DNA of 64,000 bases from Amoebophrya sp. A120 (taxonomy: Eukaryota; Protista; Dinoflagellata). The stretch spans positions 271,309 through 335,308 of the forward strand of contig CAJINV010000015.1 in assembly GCA_905178155.1 (NCBI GenBank), given 5' to 3'. Below the pieces are notes generated by a model. The model was given only the letters and a program-made list of their open reading frames with translations, was not told the origin of the DNA and made no database searches. The position numbers and the translations under genes are program-made. Positions 43,901 to 55,900 of this stretch are shown one piece after another; the first letter of the stretch is position 1, and each line of letters opens with the position of its first letter.

Positions 43901-46900
43901 GTTGAGAATGTAAAACATCTGAGAACTCCATACCACTTCCCGCGACGCGTTCCGCCCACTCGAACAGGTCTTCCGCAATGTCGTATTCTGAGTAAAAACA
44001 TCCCCAACCCCAGAGTTGTCATGCAAATCTGCATGCCAAAAAAGTTTCTCATGCGAAGCCCCATGAGAAGCTTTTATTTCTATTCGTGTTTTGGGATTTG
44101 TGATGCTAGAAATAGCATGACATGATGGATCTGTGATGCTGCTGGACTAGCTAAACAAGATCACACTACGAGGACGAACTTGTCATGCGAAACAACCAAA
44201 GTTTGCTGATTTGTCTAGCAGATTTCCCATCTTGACTCTGGTATGGGGACGTTTTTACACAGGATATGTCGGGGGTGATAGGGGTCGGGATTGATGTGCT
44301 CATTTGTTCCTTCTGCTTCGCAACATTTCTCACCGCTGATAAGTCCAAGTTTTCCTTCTGAATTATGTGGTATTGCTCCGGAAATCCGGTCCAGGACTGC
44401 AAAAAGCGGTTCAAATACCCACAGGTAGATTTGATCACGCCATTTGATCTAGCGTCTTGTTTGATCGAGTTGAAAGCATTCGCGAACGCAGTTTGCTTCA
44501 CAGCTGCCAGAGCGCCGGGGATTGCAGCAGCTCCGTGGCCACCGAGCATGACGTTGATTGCTTGTCGCTCCGACCGTGTTCCTTGCAGCTGGTGCAGCGG
44601 TCCTGGGGGAGTAACTACCCTTGAAGAGGTGGCTCCACCGCTAGTTGTACCGCCTTGGCCTTCCGCAATGCGCATGACAATATCGCCTCCGCCACCTCCA
44701 TGTTGGCCTTCGGACATCAAACCGTACGGATTGTTGCCGGCTGTGAAATCTGCCCCACCCGGCGTCTGTGTCGGGGTTTCTACCTGCTGGAGCCGCTGTC
44801 CCGGGGAACCTCCAAGGTCCAGCGTCGCGCGCCGGTTCATTCTGGGACGAACGGCACCTCCTACAGCCGGAGTCCTACCACGGGCTGTTGCAGGAGGGGA
44901 ACTGGTCGAACCACCTGGAACTCCTGTCGTCAACTTTGTCGCCAAATTGATCATTTTTGCCCGGAATTGCCGACTGGGAAAGAACCGCACCCGGCGGTTT
45001 TCCTTTTGCCACTGACTCGTCTGCTGGGCAGCTCCTGCGCCCATTGCGGTGTTCATTCCAGAGGAGGCATATGGCGTTCTCAAATGTTACATTCTCAATT
45101 GTTACATGATTTGTCATGCAAAAAGAGCACCAACGTCCACACGGTGAAGTTACTTCGCATAACAAATTTTGCAAGGGCTAAACAGCACAGGAATCTGTGC
45201 CGAATTATTTGTAATGCAAGAGTTGTAAGCTCCGGCCTCTCCCTGTCGCCATTCTCGCATCACAAATTCATGTAACAGTTCAGAATGTAACGATTGAGAA
45301 CTCCATAAGGCGGAGCCCGAGCTTTTGATCTGAAAATCCTGCACGACAGAAACCATGCGCGCCACCATGCTGGCACTCATGTTGCTACTCGTTCTGGAAG
45401 AGGAGGAGCTTGTTCCACTGGCAGCTCCACTTTCTTGCATATCGCGGCTTTGGATCTGCAACAGGTCCGCAGGCCCGGCTCTTTCCAGTTCTTCGGACCA
45501 GGTGAGGCGGGGGCTACTGGACTGCTTCGTTTTTCTTTCGGTAGCAGCACTACTTCCAGATTTGTCCGTTTCTTGACCCGACCCAGCAGCGACATCGGTG
45601 CCCGTCAAAATCAAGTTTTTCTGCTCGTCTGAAATGTTCGGATCGATGACCGCCCGCATCTTCGCGTGCAGAGTCCAGAACTGGAGCTGGAGGGGATAAT
45701 TCTTTTGTACCGCTTCTCTCTGTTGCTGTTTCTCCGCCTGGGACTTCTTTTTCTGCCAACCTCCCGGCGCGTTTTTCTCGGCGATCTTTTCGTTTGCCTC
45801 CCGCCACACATCGTATGTTCGATCCTCTTTTCGGTTCTTGCTGTTCATCAAGTATTTCATCAAGAACTCCAACGTTTTCTCCCACTGCGGATTTTTTGCC
45901 CGCTGCGTAACACCTGGAATACCTTCACTAACAGCCGCATTCGAGCTTGTAGTTGCACCAGCATTTATTCCGCCAGTCAGCGACAGTTTCTCTTCATTTT
46001 CGCGCATTTTCTCCGCCTCGCTCTCGAGAGCAAAAGCCGGACCGAGGATCAGATCCACAATGGCATTCCGCATGGGGCTATGAACTGCAAAAGTACCGTA
46101 CTAGTATGAATTGCACTACAAATTTCCTTAGCATGAAAAAAGAAATTTGTAATGCTGATTTGCCGTTAAGAGAGATATTTGTCATGCATGGCTGCAATTG
46201 CTACGAGTACGATACTTTTGCATTTGATATGGGCCGCGCTCCGTGTCCACGTATGGATCAAAGAACGCCTCTATGTATCAAATGTAAAAGTGTCTGGGTC
46301 TGGAAGAATGCAACTTGTGATGCTGAATTTGGATTCCAAAAAAATCTGTATTGCATGAGCAGCAAAGGGAGTGCAATTTTTGCTACGCGGAGAGGGCATT
46401 TGTCATGCGGAATAGGCATCAGGAAGCCATCACAAAATCTGTGATGCTAGGGCATGCATCACAGACATCAGGAGTCATGCAAAATGTGCATGACAAACCT
46501 GGCAATCTTCCAGACCCAGACATTTTTACATTTGATACTATGTAGGCCGCAGCGATAGGGTGTTGACCAGCGAACTTGAATTCAGCACCGCTAGTACCTG
46601 CTTCAGGGTCCTTCAGCGCCCAAGCTTGGAACAGAGGAAGCAGTTGCCCAAGCACGATGTCCGAGGGGAGAATCGATGAACTCGATTTCTGTTGACCAGG
46701 TGTTGACAGCTGCGACGTTCTTTGCGCGGAACCAGAGTTGGACGGGGATAAACCCGACACCAGTAAGGATAAGCAGCGGATGTACAAGGCCTGGTAGAAT
46801 TTGATTTGGTCCCGCGCGATAACAGGCTCTTCGCCAGCCTGCGCAGTATCAAATCGGACCACGTCCTGGTTATTCAGGAGCGGGCGAACCTGGAGGTCTT

Positions 46901-49900
46901 TGCCGTCTCGCTGGGCGAAAGCCAACTTCCACAAACTCCTAACTGCCTGTTCCAGCACGTCCCGCTTCTGGCTGTGGTTCATCGCATCAGATTCTGATGC
47001 TTGACTATACCCACTACGACCGAACCCCCCCTGCTGCGATTGCTCCGTCGAACCGGCTCCGCCGGACTGATCGAACAAAAATGTCGCCTCGCGCTGCTCG
47101 GTAGAAGAAGATGCGCCTAAGGGGCTGATGATCACACCTTTCACGCGATTCCGATCGAGGAACACGTCAGAGGTCTGCATGTCCGCCGGAGATAAAGACT
47201 CGTACGCTTGCTGTCTCGAAACCGGGGTCTGAAAGGCGCTCTGCGGCTCAGCGTCGCGAAACGTGATGAAGTCAGTGTTCTTCGTGGAAATGCCGAAAAC
47301 GCTGTTGTAGGTGTTGGAAAGGTAGTAGAAGGTAGACGGTGGTTTGCTCAAATTGCGGTAGTCGTCAAGGGTGGCAATCTTATTCATTCCTCTGTTGAAG
47401 TAGACCTTGCCGCCTTCGCCCCTATGATTCATCGGGCCGCTGGTTGTAATTATTCCGTTCATCTCGTCGCTGTTGCTTTGGCGCATCATTTCCGCGAAAA
47501 GGAAATCTAGGTAGTTGGAATGCTGCGACACGAAATGCGTCATGCTTCGCAGGGCTTCCCCCGTGTTACCACTCACAGTATGAAATGCAGAAGTGTCTGG
47601 GTCTGGAAGAATGCAAGATTTGTGCTGCAGGTTTTCCATGACCCATGAGGTCTGGAATGCGAGACCCAGCATGACAGAATCTTTGAGGTCTCTATCATGC
47701 CTTTCCTGCCTGAGAAACTGCCTCTCAACTTGGTCAAAAGCGGACAGCTTTTGGCACTCACGCAACACAGATTTTTGCACCATTTAGATTTAGCATGACA
47801 AGTTCTGATCTTCCAGACCCAGACATTTTTGCAGTTGATACACAGTGCCCCCGGATTGCAGTTCCCTCACCTCGTCTAAATTCGCCTTCTGCGCTTGAAA
47901 CGGCAGCACGTAGTGCGCGAACTGTGCGAGCGCCAGCTCGTGGAGCTTTGAGATCTTCAGATTGGAGTGCAACAGCGTTTATCAACTACAAATATGTCTG
48001 GGCCTGGAAGAGTGCAAGTTTGTCATGCTTGTCTGGCATGACTCGACAATCTGTGTTGCATAGGCACGCAAAGGCCCTCTTACCTGTCATGCAAAAGCGC
48101 AGCTTGCCATGCGGAATACGTAAGACATGGCAGCCAAAAAATTTGTCATGCATAGCTGCGTATTGCAGTGTGTCTGTCATTCACTTTTGGCATTACAAGT
48201 TTCCAGACCCAGACATTTTTGCAATCCATAGCGTGCCGACTTGGAAAAGGATCTCCGCATGGAGATCCAAGACCTCGTTGGACTGGTTGACGTAGTCTTT
48301 ATCGCATTTAAAAACGACCCCTAGCCATAGTTGCAATGCAAATCTGCATGCTAAAAATGTTCCTCATGCGGAGCACCATGCGAAGCAGTTTCTAGTCGTG
48401 TTTTGAAACTTGTCATGCTCCAATCCACATGATGAACTAGATCTGTGACGCTGCTGAGCTAGCTCAAACAGCACTATCTACACTACGAGTCCAATTTTGT
48501 CATGCAAAACAGCCAAAGCTTGTGGATTTGTCTAGCCGACTCCACATCTTGACTATGGGGTGGGGATGTTTTTACATAGGATAGTCTTCAAAAGTAAGTT
48601 TGGCCGCGGCCGCGCTGGTGGTCGTGCTGTCGCCAGTTGTTGCACAAGGACCGCTATGCTGTGCAAAAGTATCGGACTCGTATAAATGCAACAGCAAGTC
48701 TTGCAAACATTACAAATATTTTTCTTAAGGCAAAACCGCATTACAAATTTTAGTTCTCATGCTGGGAAAATTTGTAATGCATTTAGACGAGTACGATACT
48801 TTTGGTTTTGCAATTCATATCCTCCACCTGTCGTCGTGGCTGCTGGTCGTACAGGTGTGCTAGAACTGCAACCACCTCCACCGCTCAACATCTCCGCGTT
48901 TCTCATGTTTTGCAAATTTTGTTTCGCGCGGAAGCGTTTACCAGCCCGTCGGAAGTACAGGGATTCCTTGCCTGAATCCTCATATGCACTGCAACAGTAT
49001 CGTACTCGTAGTATTGCAATACAAATTAGCTCAGCATGAGAGAGGAAATTTGTCATGCTGATTTAGCTTGAAAAAGAAACTTGTAATGCATACGTGCAAT
49101 TTTTCCAATTCGCACGAGTACGATACTTTTGCAGTTCATACCTCATCATCAGTGTCCACTTCTCGAACTTGGACGCCTCGCATTAGCACATCTTCATCCT
49201 CCTGTTCATGATCTCCATCTAAAGGTACTAGCATGGTCTCTTTAACCTTCTTGAAGCCCACTTTCCTGAGCCCGATCTTTTTCTCCAGCTTCGTTTTTTT
49301 GCTGTCGACCGAGGCTGCGGGACCGGAAGCCGCTTCGTCTAGAGTTCTACTCTGCTTCGTTTCGAGCAGGTTGGTCCCGTAGACGACTTTTTCCCTCACC
49401 AGGTCGGCCTTCTCCTTTTCCGCGTTTAAGAAGAAGCTGGCGCGTTCCGGCTCCGTCTCCATCAGGACTTCCCCTTTACTGTCGAAGAACAGTGCCGTGC
49501 GGACGAAGTTCGACTTCGAGGTGTCGTGCGCTGCTTCGCTAAAGATGGCTAGCTGATAGCTGATTTCCGTACTCCCTTCCGCCCTGTTGGTACCTGATCC
49601 ATGATGTGATTGGGGTAGAATTTGCTATATCGTGGTGGCGCGAACACAAACGTCTTCCCAAATCCCCAGAGCGCTGGAGCCCCTCGACGGCTGCCAGCTT
49701 GACTTCGTATGTTCTCGAAAGGTCACACCCTTCACAGTGGTGGAACTACGGCTCTGTATAAGTAAAAGCGTATCTGCGCTGCTTCGCAGCGTCTTACGTA
49801 CTACTAGATACAGCAGCGAGGCGTACAGCAGGGACCGCACCGCGACGTCCGCGCCACAGAGGTGGCTGCGGGCGTCGCACTTGTCCGCCCACAGACGTGG

Positions 49901-52900
49901 ATCGAACCGCGCTCCAGCACTGCAACGAGAGGTCGCAGCGCCGGGTGCAACAGAGGCTGCAACAAGTCGGGGATCGCGTGGCCCAAACCTCCATCCGAAG
50001 TCGCCGCCCTGTGGCCCCTTGTCCGCCACGCGTATCCCGCCGGCTTTGTCGCGTCTACAGGGTGGCCCGCCGGCTGTCCTGTCTCGTCGTGTTGCGCCGC
50101 ACCTCCACCGAGGACAGAGATCGGAGCCCGATGTCCATGTCGTATGCACCTAGGCCGCGCAGTTCCTAACTAATCCACGCGCCACAGAGGTGGCTGCAAC
50201 TATGCTCGGCTGGTGTGGCGTCAAATCGTTATCGTTCTCATCAATTTGGATGCAAGTGGTTCTTCTAAGTGTGTAACGAAAGGAGTTGCTCGGTGGCAGC
50301 GTGCGTCAGCATAAGCAGATCAAAACATGCAAAGCGCACCCCGTTCACAGCCTCACATCCTAGATCCTTACTAGCCCGCCGGAGTGCGCACAGAGGTGCG
50401 TCATCCAGTGAGGGTTCCGGCTGAACCAGCGGCACAGGCGGTGCCTGCCGGTATGGGACGGCAACACGGAATGGCGTGCCTCGTTAAACTTTCTTTCAGA
50501 TTTGGGTCGTGCGACCCGCGCTCCGGTCGCCCAGGACGTGCCTGCATTAGCGACCAGCGTCATCAGCTTCGCCATATCGGTACGTGACTTTAACGTGCGC
50601 GCGCGTGGCAGTCGCGGGAGGTTAGGACCCTCCCCGCCTGCTCTCGCCGACCGTCCGCTTGGGCATCGGTCACGGGCAAATTCTGATGGTTGTCGGAATT
50701 CTTTGTACAAAAATGGGACCACAGAGGTGGTTAGCCCATTCCGGCCCTCACGAGGTTCGCGCTGGTGCTGCGCGACCTAGTCCTATTTGTGATGCCTAGA
50801 ATGCGATGTCTGCATTGCGTTGCTTAGATTGAGAATGAACTAGGTACCTTGTGGGCGGCAGGAGCGCACGGCGCACGAAAGCCGGTACAAATCGGCCTGA
50901 AACTGCCGCAAGCTGCGGCGGATCTTCCGCCGAAGCCGCTGCCGCATGCGAATCACCGGCTTCTGGTTGGGAAGGATGGCGACTGACTTTTGGTCCGCTT
51001 GGAGGACTATCCTGTGCAAACATGTCTGGGTCTGGAAGAGTGCAAGATTTGTGATGCATCTCGCGGGCCATACTCACGGTCTGTAATGCACGCAGAAGCA
51101 TCACAGATTTTTTGAGACCTTCCTCATACCTAGTCCGCATGAGAAATTCGGCCTTTACTTGTTAGCGAGAATTGGGTAACTGTTGGCGTTCATGCGACAC
51201 AGATTTTTTTGTAAAGCAGATTTCGCATGACAGGCTTCATTCTTCCAGACCCAGACATATTTGCAATGCATAACGACCTGGGAACTCGAAGAAGAAGAGC
51301 TGCCGCTGCCAGAGTTGTTCTTGTCATGATCCGTTGTCGTTGATGCAGCAGAGTTCTTGTTTTGTACAATGTTCTCTTTGCGCAGTTCCTGCATGGGGAG
51401 AAACAAATTGTGAAACGCGTCGGAGTTCCAGTTCTTGTGTTCCGCATACAGCAATTGCGAATAGGGCGCAAATGCGTGCACGCCCGCGACGAGCTTGTAC
51501 AGTGCGAAAGCCACACGGCGCTTCACCCACAGCGTCCGAAACAGTGGGTATTTCTTCAAATCAACCTCTCGAGGCACGTCGTAGTCTTCCCCCACAGACT
51601 GCAAGAGCTGCAGGGATAAATCGGCACTGATTCCCGTCTCGTGCGCAATCTTCGCTGGGAGGAACAGGGCATTGAAGAAGTTGTTTTGGGTCGTCGTCGA
51701 AGTACCACTCTGGTGCCCGGGAACAGCGAGCAGTGCGTTCATACGCTTGAGTACCTCGATGATGAAAAGTCGGTAGATATCGTTTGTAAAAACGTCCCCA
51801 TCTCCCCAGAGTTGTCATGCAAATCTGCATGCGGAAAATTTTTCTCATGCGAAGACCCATGAGAAGCAGTTCCTAGTCGTGTTTTGAAATTTGCAATGCT
51901 CCGATCACCATGATATGCTAGATTTGCAATGCGGTCGTACTACTAGCGAAACAGGACTACGACACTACGTCCCCAAACTTGTCATGCGCAAAAGCCAAAG
52001 CTGGTTGATTTGTGTAGCGCATTTGCCATCTTGACTCGTCTGGGGTGGGGACGTTTTTGCTCACCATAGTAGACCTTTTCCGTCGAGGCTTTTTCTTTGG
52101 CGGATATTACAGACGAACTCCCGGAGTTGGCGGATGACGTTCGCCTATCCTGTGCAAAACAAGTATCGCACTCGTAGCAATTGCAGCCAGGCATATACAA
52201 ATCTTTTTCTCGAGGTAAATCCGCATTACAAATTCTATTTCTCATGCTGAGAAAACTTGTCATGCGTTTATACGAGTGCGATACTTTTGCAGTTCATATC
52301 GGCTGGCGCTTGCCGAAGGGGAGTCGACATCCATTGCCGAGGATCCGTCGGCGGGAGCATTGGTGCCCGGTAGCTGTCTTAAGCTTTCGTCGAGCACTTT
52401 CAGGCCTTTCATAAATTTGTCCAAAAATGCACCTTCGGAGAGTCTCTCGACCATAGTCTCGGCGCTGATTCCTCTCGGCCAATTAAAGCCTTCCGCAGCT
52501 GCCTGACCTAGCCCAGGAAAAGTCTCCTCGTGTGGACACGTTTTTAGCAGTCTGTCGATGGCACCATAGGCAGCCTGCAGATCCTCCGCAACCTGCTGCA
52601 CGACTGCACGGTGGGCCGATATCAAGAGGAATCCCGCCTCCCCATATCAAAACGAAACTTCTGATGCTGGATTTGGATACACAAATTGTGTTGCAGTAGA
52701 GGAATGCACGCGGATCCTGAGCCTAGGTGGGGGTCTTCTGGTGTAGGCGCCTAGCTGCATGGTAGACAGCTACCCTGTAGGCTTGCAGCATTACAAATCG
52801 CCCGCATAACGTGGCGGACAGCCTGAGCGTGCCTTCTTGCAAGACAGTGACAGACCCGATTTGTGGTCACAAATCTGCATCACAAATTTTCAAAAGGATG

Positions 52901-55900
52901 CGTTTCCGATATGGGGAGGGGGGGTCTTTCCTTTCGATAGCCGATGGTGATGGGAGACGTCTTTCTCCCAGCTTCAAAGCCCGACCGAGCGTGTCAGTGA
53001 CCTCGGTTATCAACCACCGCTGCTCATCGGTCAGCCTGCTAGAAATATGGATTGCAAATGTGTCTGGGTCTGGAAGGATGCAAGATTTGTCATGCACATT
53101 TTCCATGCCTCCTGACGTCCGTGATGCATGTTGCCCTAGCATCACAGATTTTGTGACCTATGCTGCATGAGAAATGCCGTCTTGCCGTGGCAAAAACTGG
53201 ACCTCTTTTGCTGTTCATGCAATACAGATTTTCGTAGTATCCAAATGCAGCATGACAAGTTACATCCTTCCAGACCCAGACATATTTGCATTTGGTAGGC
53301 GCTTGCCGAATGGGAATCCACGTGGTCCATATCCACGGCGGATAAATTATATCCTGTGCAAAAGTATCGCACTCATATTGCAATCATGCATATACAAATC
53401 TTCACTTCTTTTTAAGGTAGATCTGCATTACAAATTTTGTTTCTCATGCTGAGGAAATTTGTAATGCATTTATACGAGTACGATACTTTTGCAGTTCATA
53501 AGTTCATGCCCTGTGCGTGTGCCAGCTGTCTTAGGCTTAGCTCAAGCTCTTTCCATTGTGCCATCATGAGGCCAAATTGGCGTCGAGTCATGAAGGGATT
53601 GGTAATCCCTTCACCACTATTGGTGAGTTCCTCGGCCATCATCCCGGTGCTGATTCGTGACTGCCAACTAAAGACTTTCGCAGCTTCCTGACCTAGACCA
53701 GGAAAAGTCTCTTCGTGTGCCCCCGCACACGTTTTTAGCAGCTGGTCTATCGTAAGAAAAAATCCCCCCTCCCCACATCGAAAAGGAACGCCTCAGTGAA
53801 TTTGTGATGGTGATTTGTGACCACAAATGAATCGCGTTTGTCTTGCAAGAAAGCAATGGCATGGACTCCGCCCCATTATGCAGGCGTTTTTCCTACAGCA
53901 CAAACGTTCCTCATGCTAAGTGCCTAGGCCAAACCTTCTGTGCATTGGGATCGTATGGGCCTGCAGTCCTATACTGCAAGACAAATCTGATTTGTGTACG
54001 CACATCCAGCATCAGAAATTTCGTTTTGATGTGGTGAGGGGGGATTTTTCATTTTGATATTGTCGATGGCGTCACTTGCAGCCGCAAGATCCTCCGCAAC
54101 CTCTTTCGCGATCGGCATGCGGACCGATGGTCCGGAAGTACGGCCTGAAAAACGGAGCAAGACTTCAAGTCTTTCTCCTAATTTCAAAGCCCGACCAAGC
54201 TTGTTAATCGCCACGGTTAGGAACCACCGCTGCTCAATGGTCAACCGCCGCTTCTCATTAGCTTCTAGCTCTGGCTCGTAGAATATGGGCGCAATTTTTT
54301 CCACCATATTCCGATTGTCAACGAAGAGGCGAAACATGTGTGTCAGCAGCAACTCCGCCGCACTGGGCGCCTCGGTTTCCTTCAAAACGCGAACGCTACC
54401 CGCGCTATTACTACCCCCGCCGTGAAGTACTAGACCTGGTCCTCCGGCGCCGTTGTCATTAACAAGGTGAAAAAGCAAATCTTCCGCGAGAATTTCTGAC
54501 AGAGCCTTCTCCACCAGTCGCTCTATCAAATGTAAAAATGTCCGGGTCTCCTGGAAAATTCTGAGATTTGTCATGCATGTTTTGCATGACCCAGGATGTC
54601 TGTAATGCACGACCGCGCATCACAGATTTTGGGCTGGCTTCCTGATGCCTACTCCGCATGACAAACGCCCTCCCCGCGTAAGTAGCACGGACTAGACTCC
54701 TCTTGCTGGTCATGCAATACAGATTTTTCTAGAGTCCAAAGTTAGCATCACAAGTTCCAATCTTCCAGACCCAGACATTTTTACCTTTGATACGCTCCCC
54801 GTGGTCCCCACTATCCATGTCCACGATGGTACCCATCCGCGCACCCTCAATCTTGCCTGCTAACGCCGTGGTGGTGATTTTGATCATGGGTGTATCCTGA
54901 GTAAAAACGTACCCACACCAGAGTCAGGATGAGGATTTTGCAACACAAACCTAGGAGTTTTGTGAGTCACGCATGACAAGTTGCACTCTGCAGCGTAGTG
55001 CAGGTTAGTAAGGGCAGCCGCGTCACAGATTCATCTGCTCATCCTGTTCACAGCATCACAAATTCCAAAACACGATTGGAAATGGCTCTCATGCGGATGC
55101 GCATTGCAAGTCTTCCTGTCTTTGCAAATCTGCATTACAACTCTGGCGTGGGTACGTTTTTACTCAGGATAGGGTGAAGATTCTTCAGCCGCGTCTCCCC
55201 GTTCGGCCTTTAGCTTTTCAACGTGCATTGTGTCCATGGCACCGGAAACCACCTCTTCCCGGTAGGATTTCTCCTGCAACAATACCAACAGTAGGTGCGG
55301 CACCGCGTGGAGCGCGCCGTCGACAGACTGGTCGGCCTGTTGCATTTTCTCGACAACATTCTGCTCCAGCCTACTCAGCCCGGAGATGTCTTCCTCCATG
55401 GCACCGGGAAGAGCTTGAGCGACCTTTTTCTGTGCGGTCTCGCAATTATCTCCGCTGAGAAGGTTGAGGCCTGCAGGTAGATTTCTCGGCAGCTCGGGGT
55501 AGAAGAAGCTTTCCCGTAGCTTGAAGTTGTCGAGAGCGTGCCAACCCCGCACGAACCAAGTTGCGACGCGAATCAGCTTCTTCATCTTCTCAAAGGAGAA
55601 CTGGATCAGGTATTGCTGGTCCGGAACGTTGTTCATAGTGGCAGAGGCATAGCCACGAGATGAGCCACTACTACTTCTCACAATGCGCTCGAACGCCACC
55701 AACTCCTTTGTATCTGCGTCGTAAACTTGCAGCACCGTGTGTGGCAGCTCGTCGATGTCTAAGAACCTCTGCTGTGCCGCGGCAGCACCTACACCACCCG
55801 GTTGTTGAGGTGCCGATCCTCCGCCGCCCCCGCGAGCACCGTCAAAAGGAGTGGAGATTTCGGCGGAGCTGGTGGGCTCTGGCTGCTCCGGCTGCTCATC

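Larger units (their letters stand above)
52299..54250 (-). repeat. Internal tandem duplication of a ~140-160 aa protein unit
   Basis: RLT.EQRW...LGRALKLGER...VAEDL.AA..AID.LLK...HEETFPGLGQ.AA..F.W...SLRQL...VDS.SASASR occurs twice after splicing. Confidence 0.85.

Noticed and set aside
49626-50785. A large TAT-type element with DR tttgc/tttgt
   Set aside because: No convincing TIR, and the join leaves a stop at 50796; the GT-AG model fits without stops.
50796-51007. ORF 50796..51140 frame (PEAGDSHAAAA..) as the true exon frame
   Set aside because: It is out of phase with the upstream exon under the +5 rule; the alternative frame (VLQADQK..CRPQ) links both neighbours.
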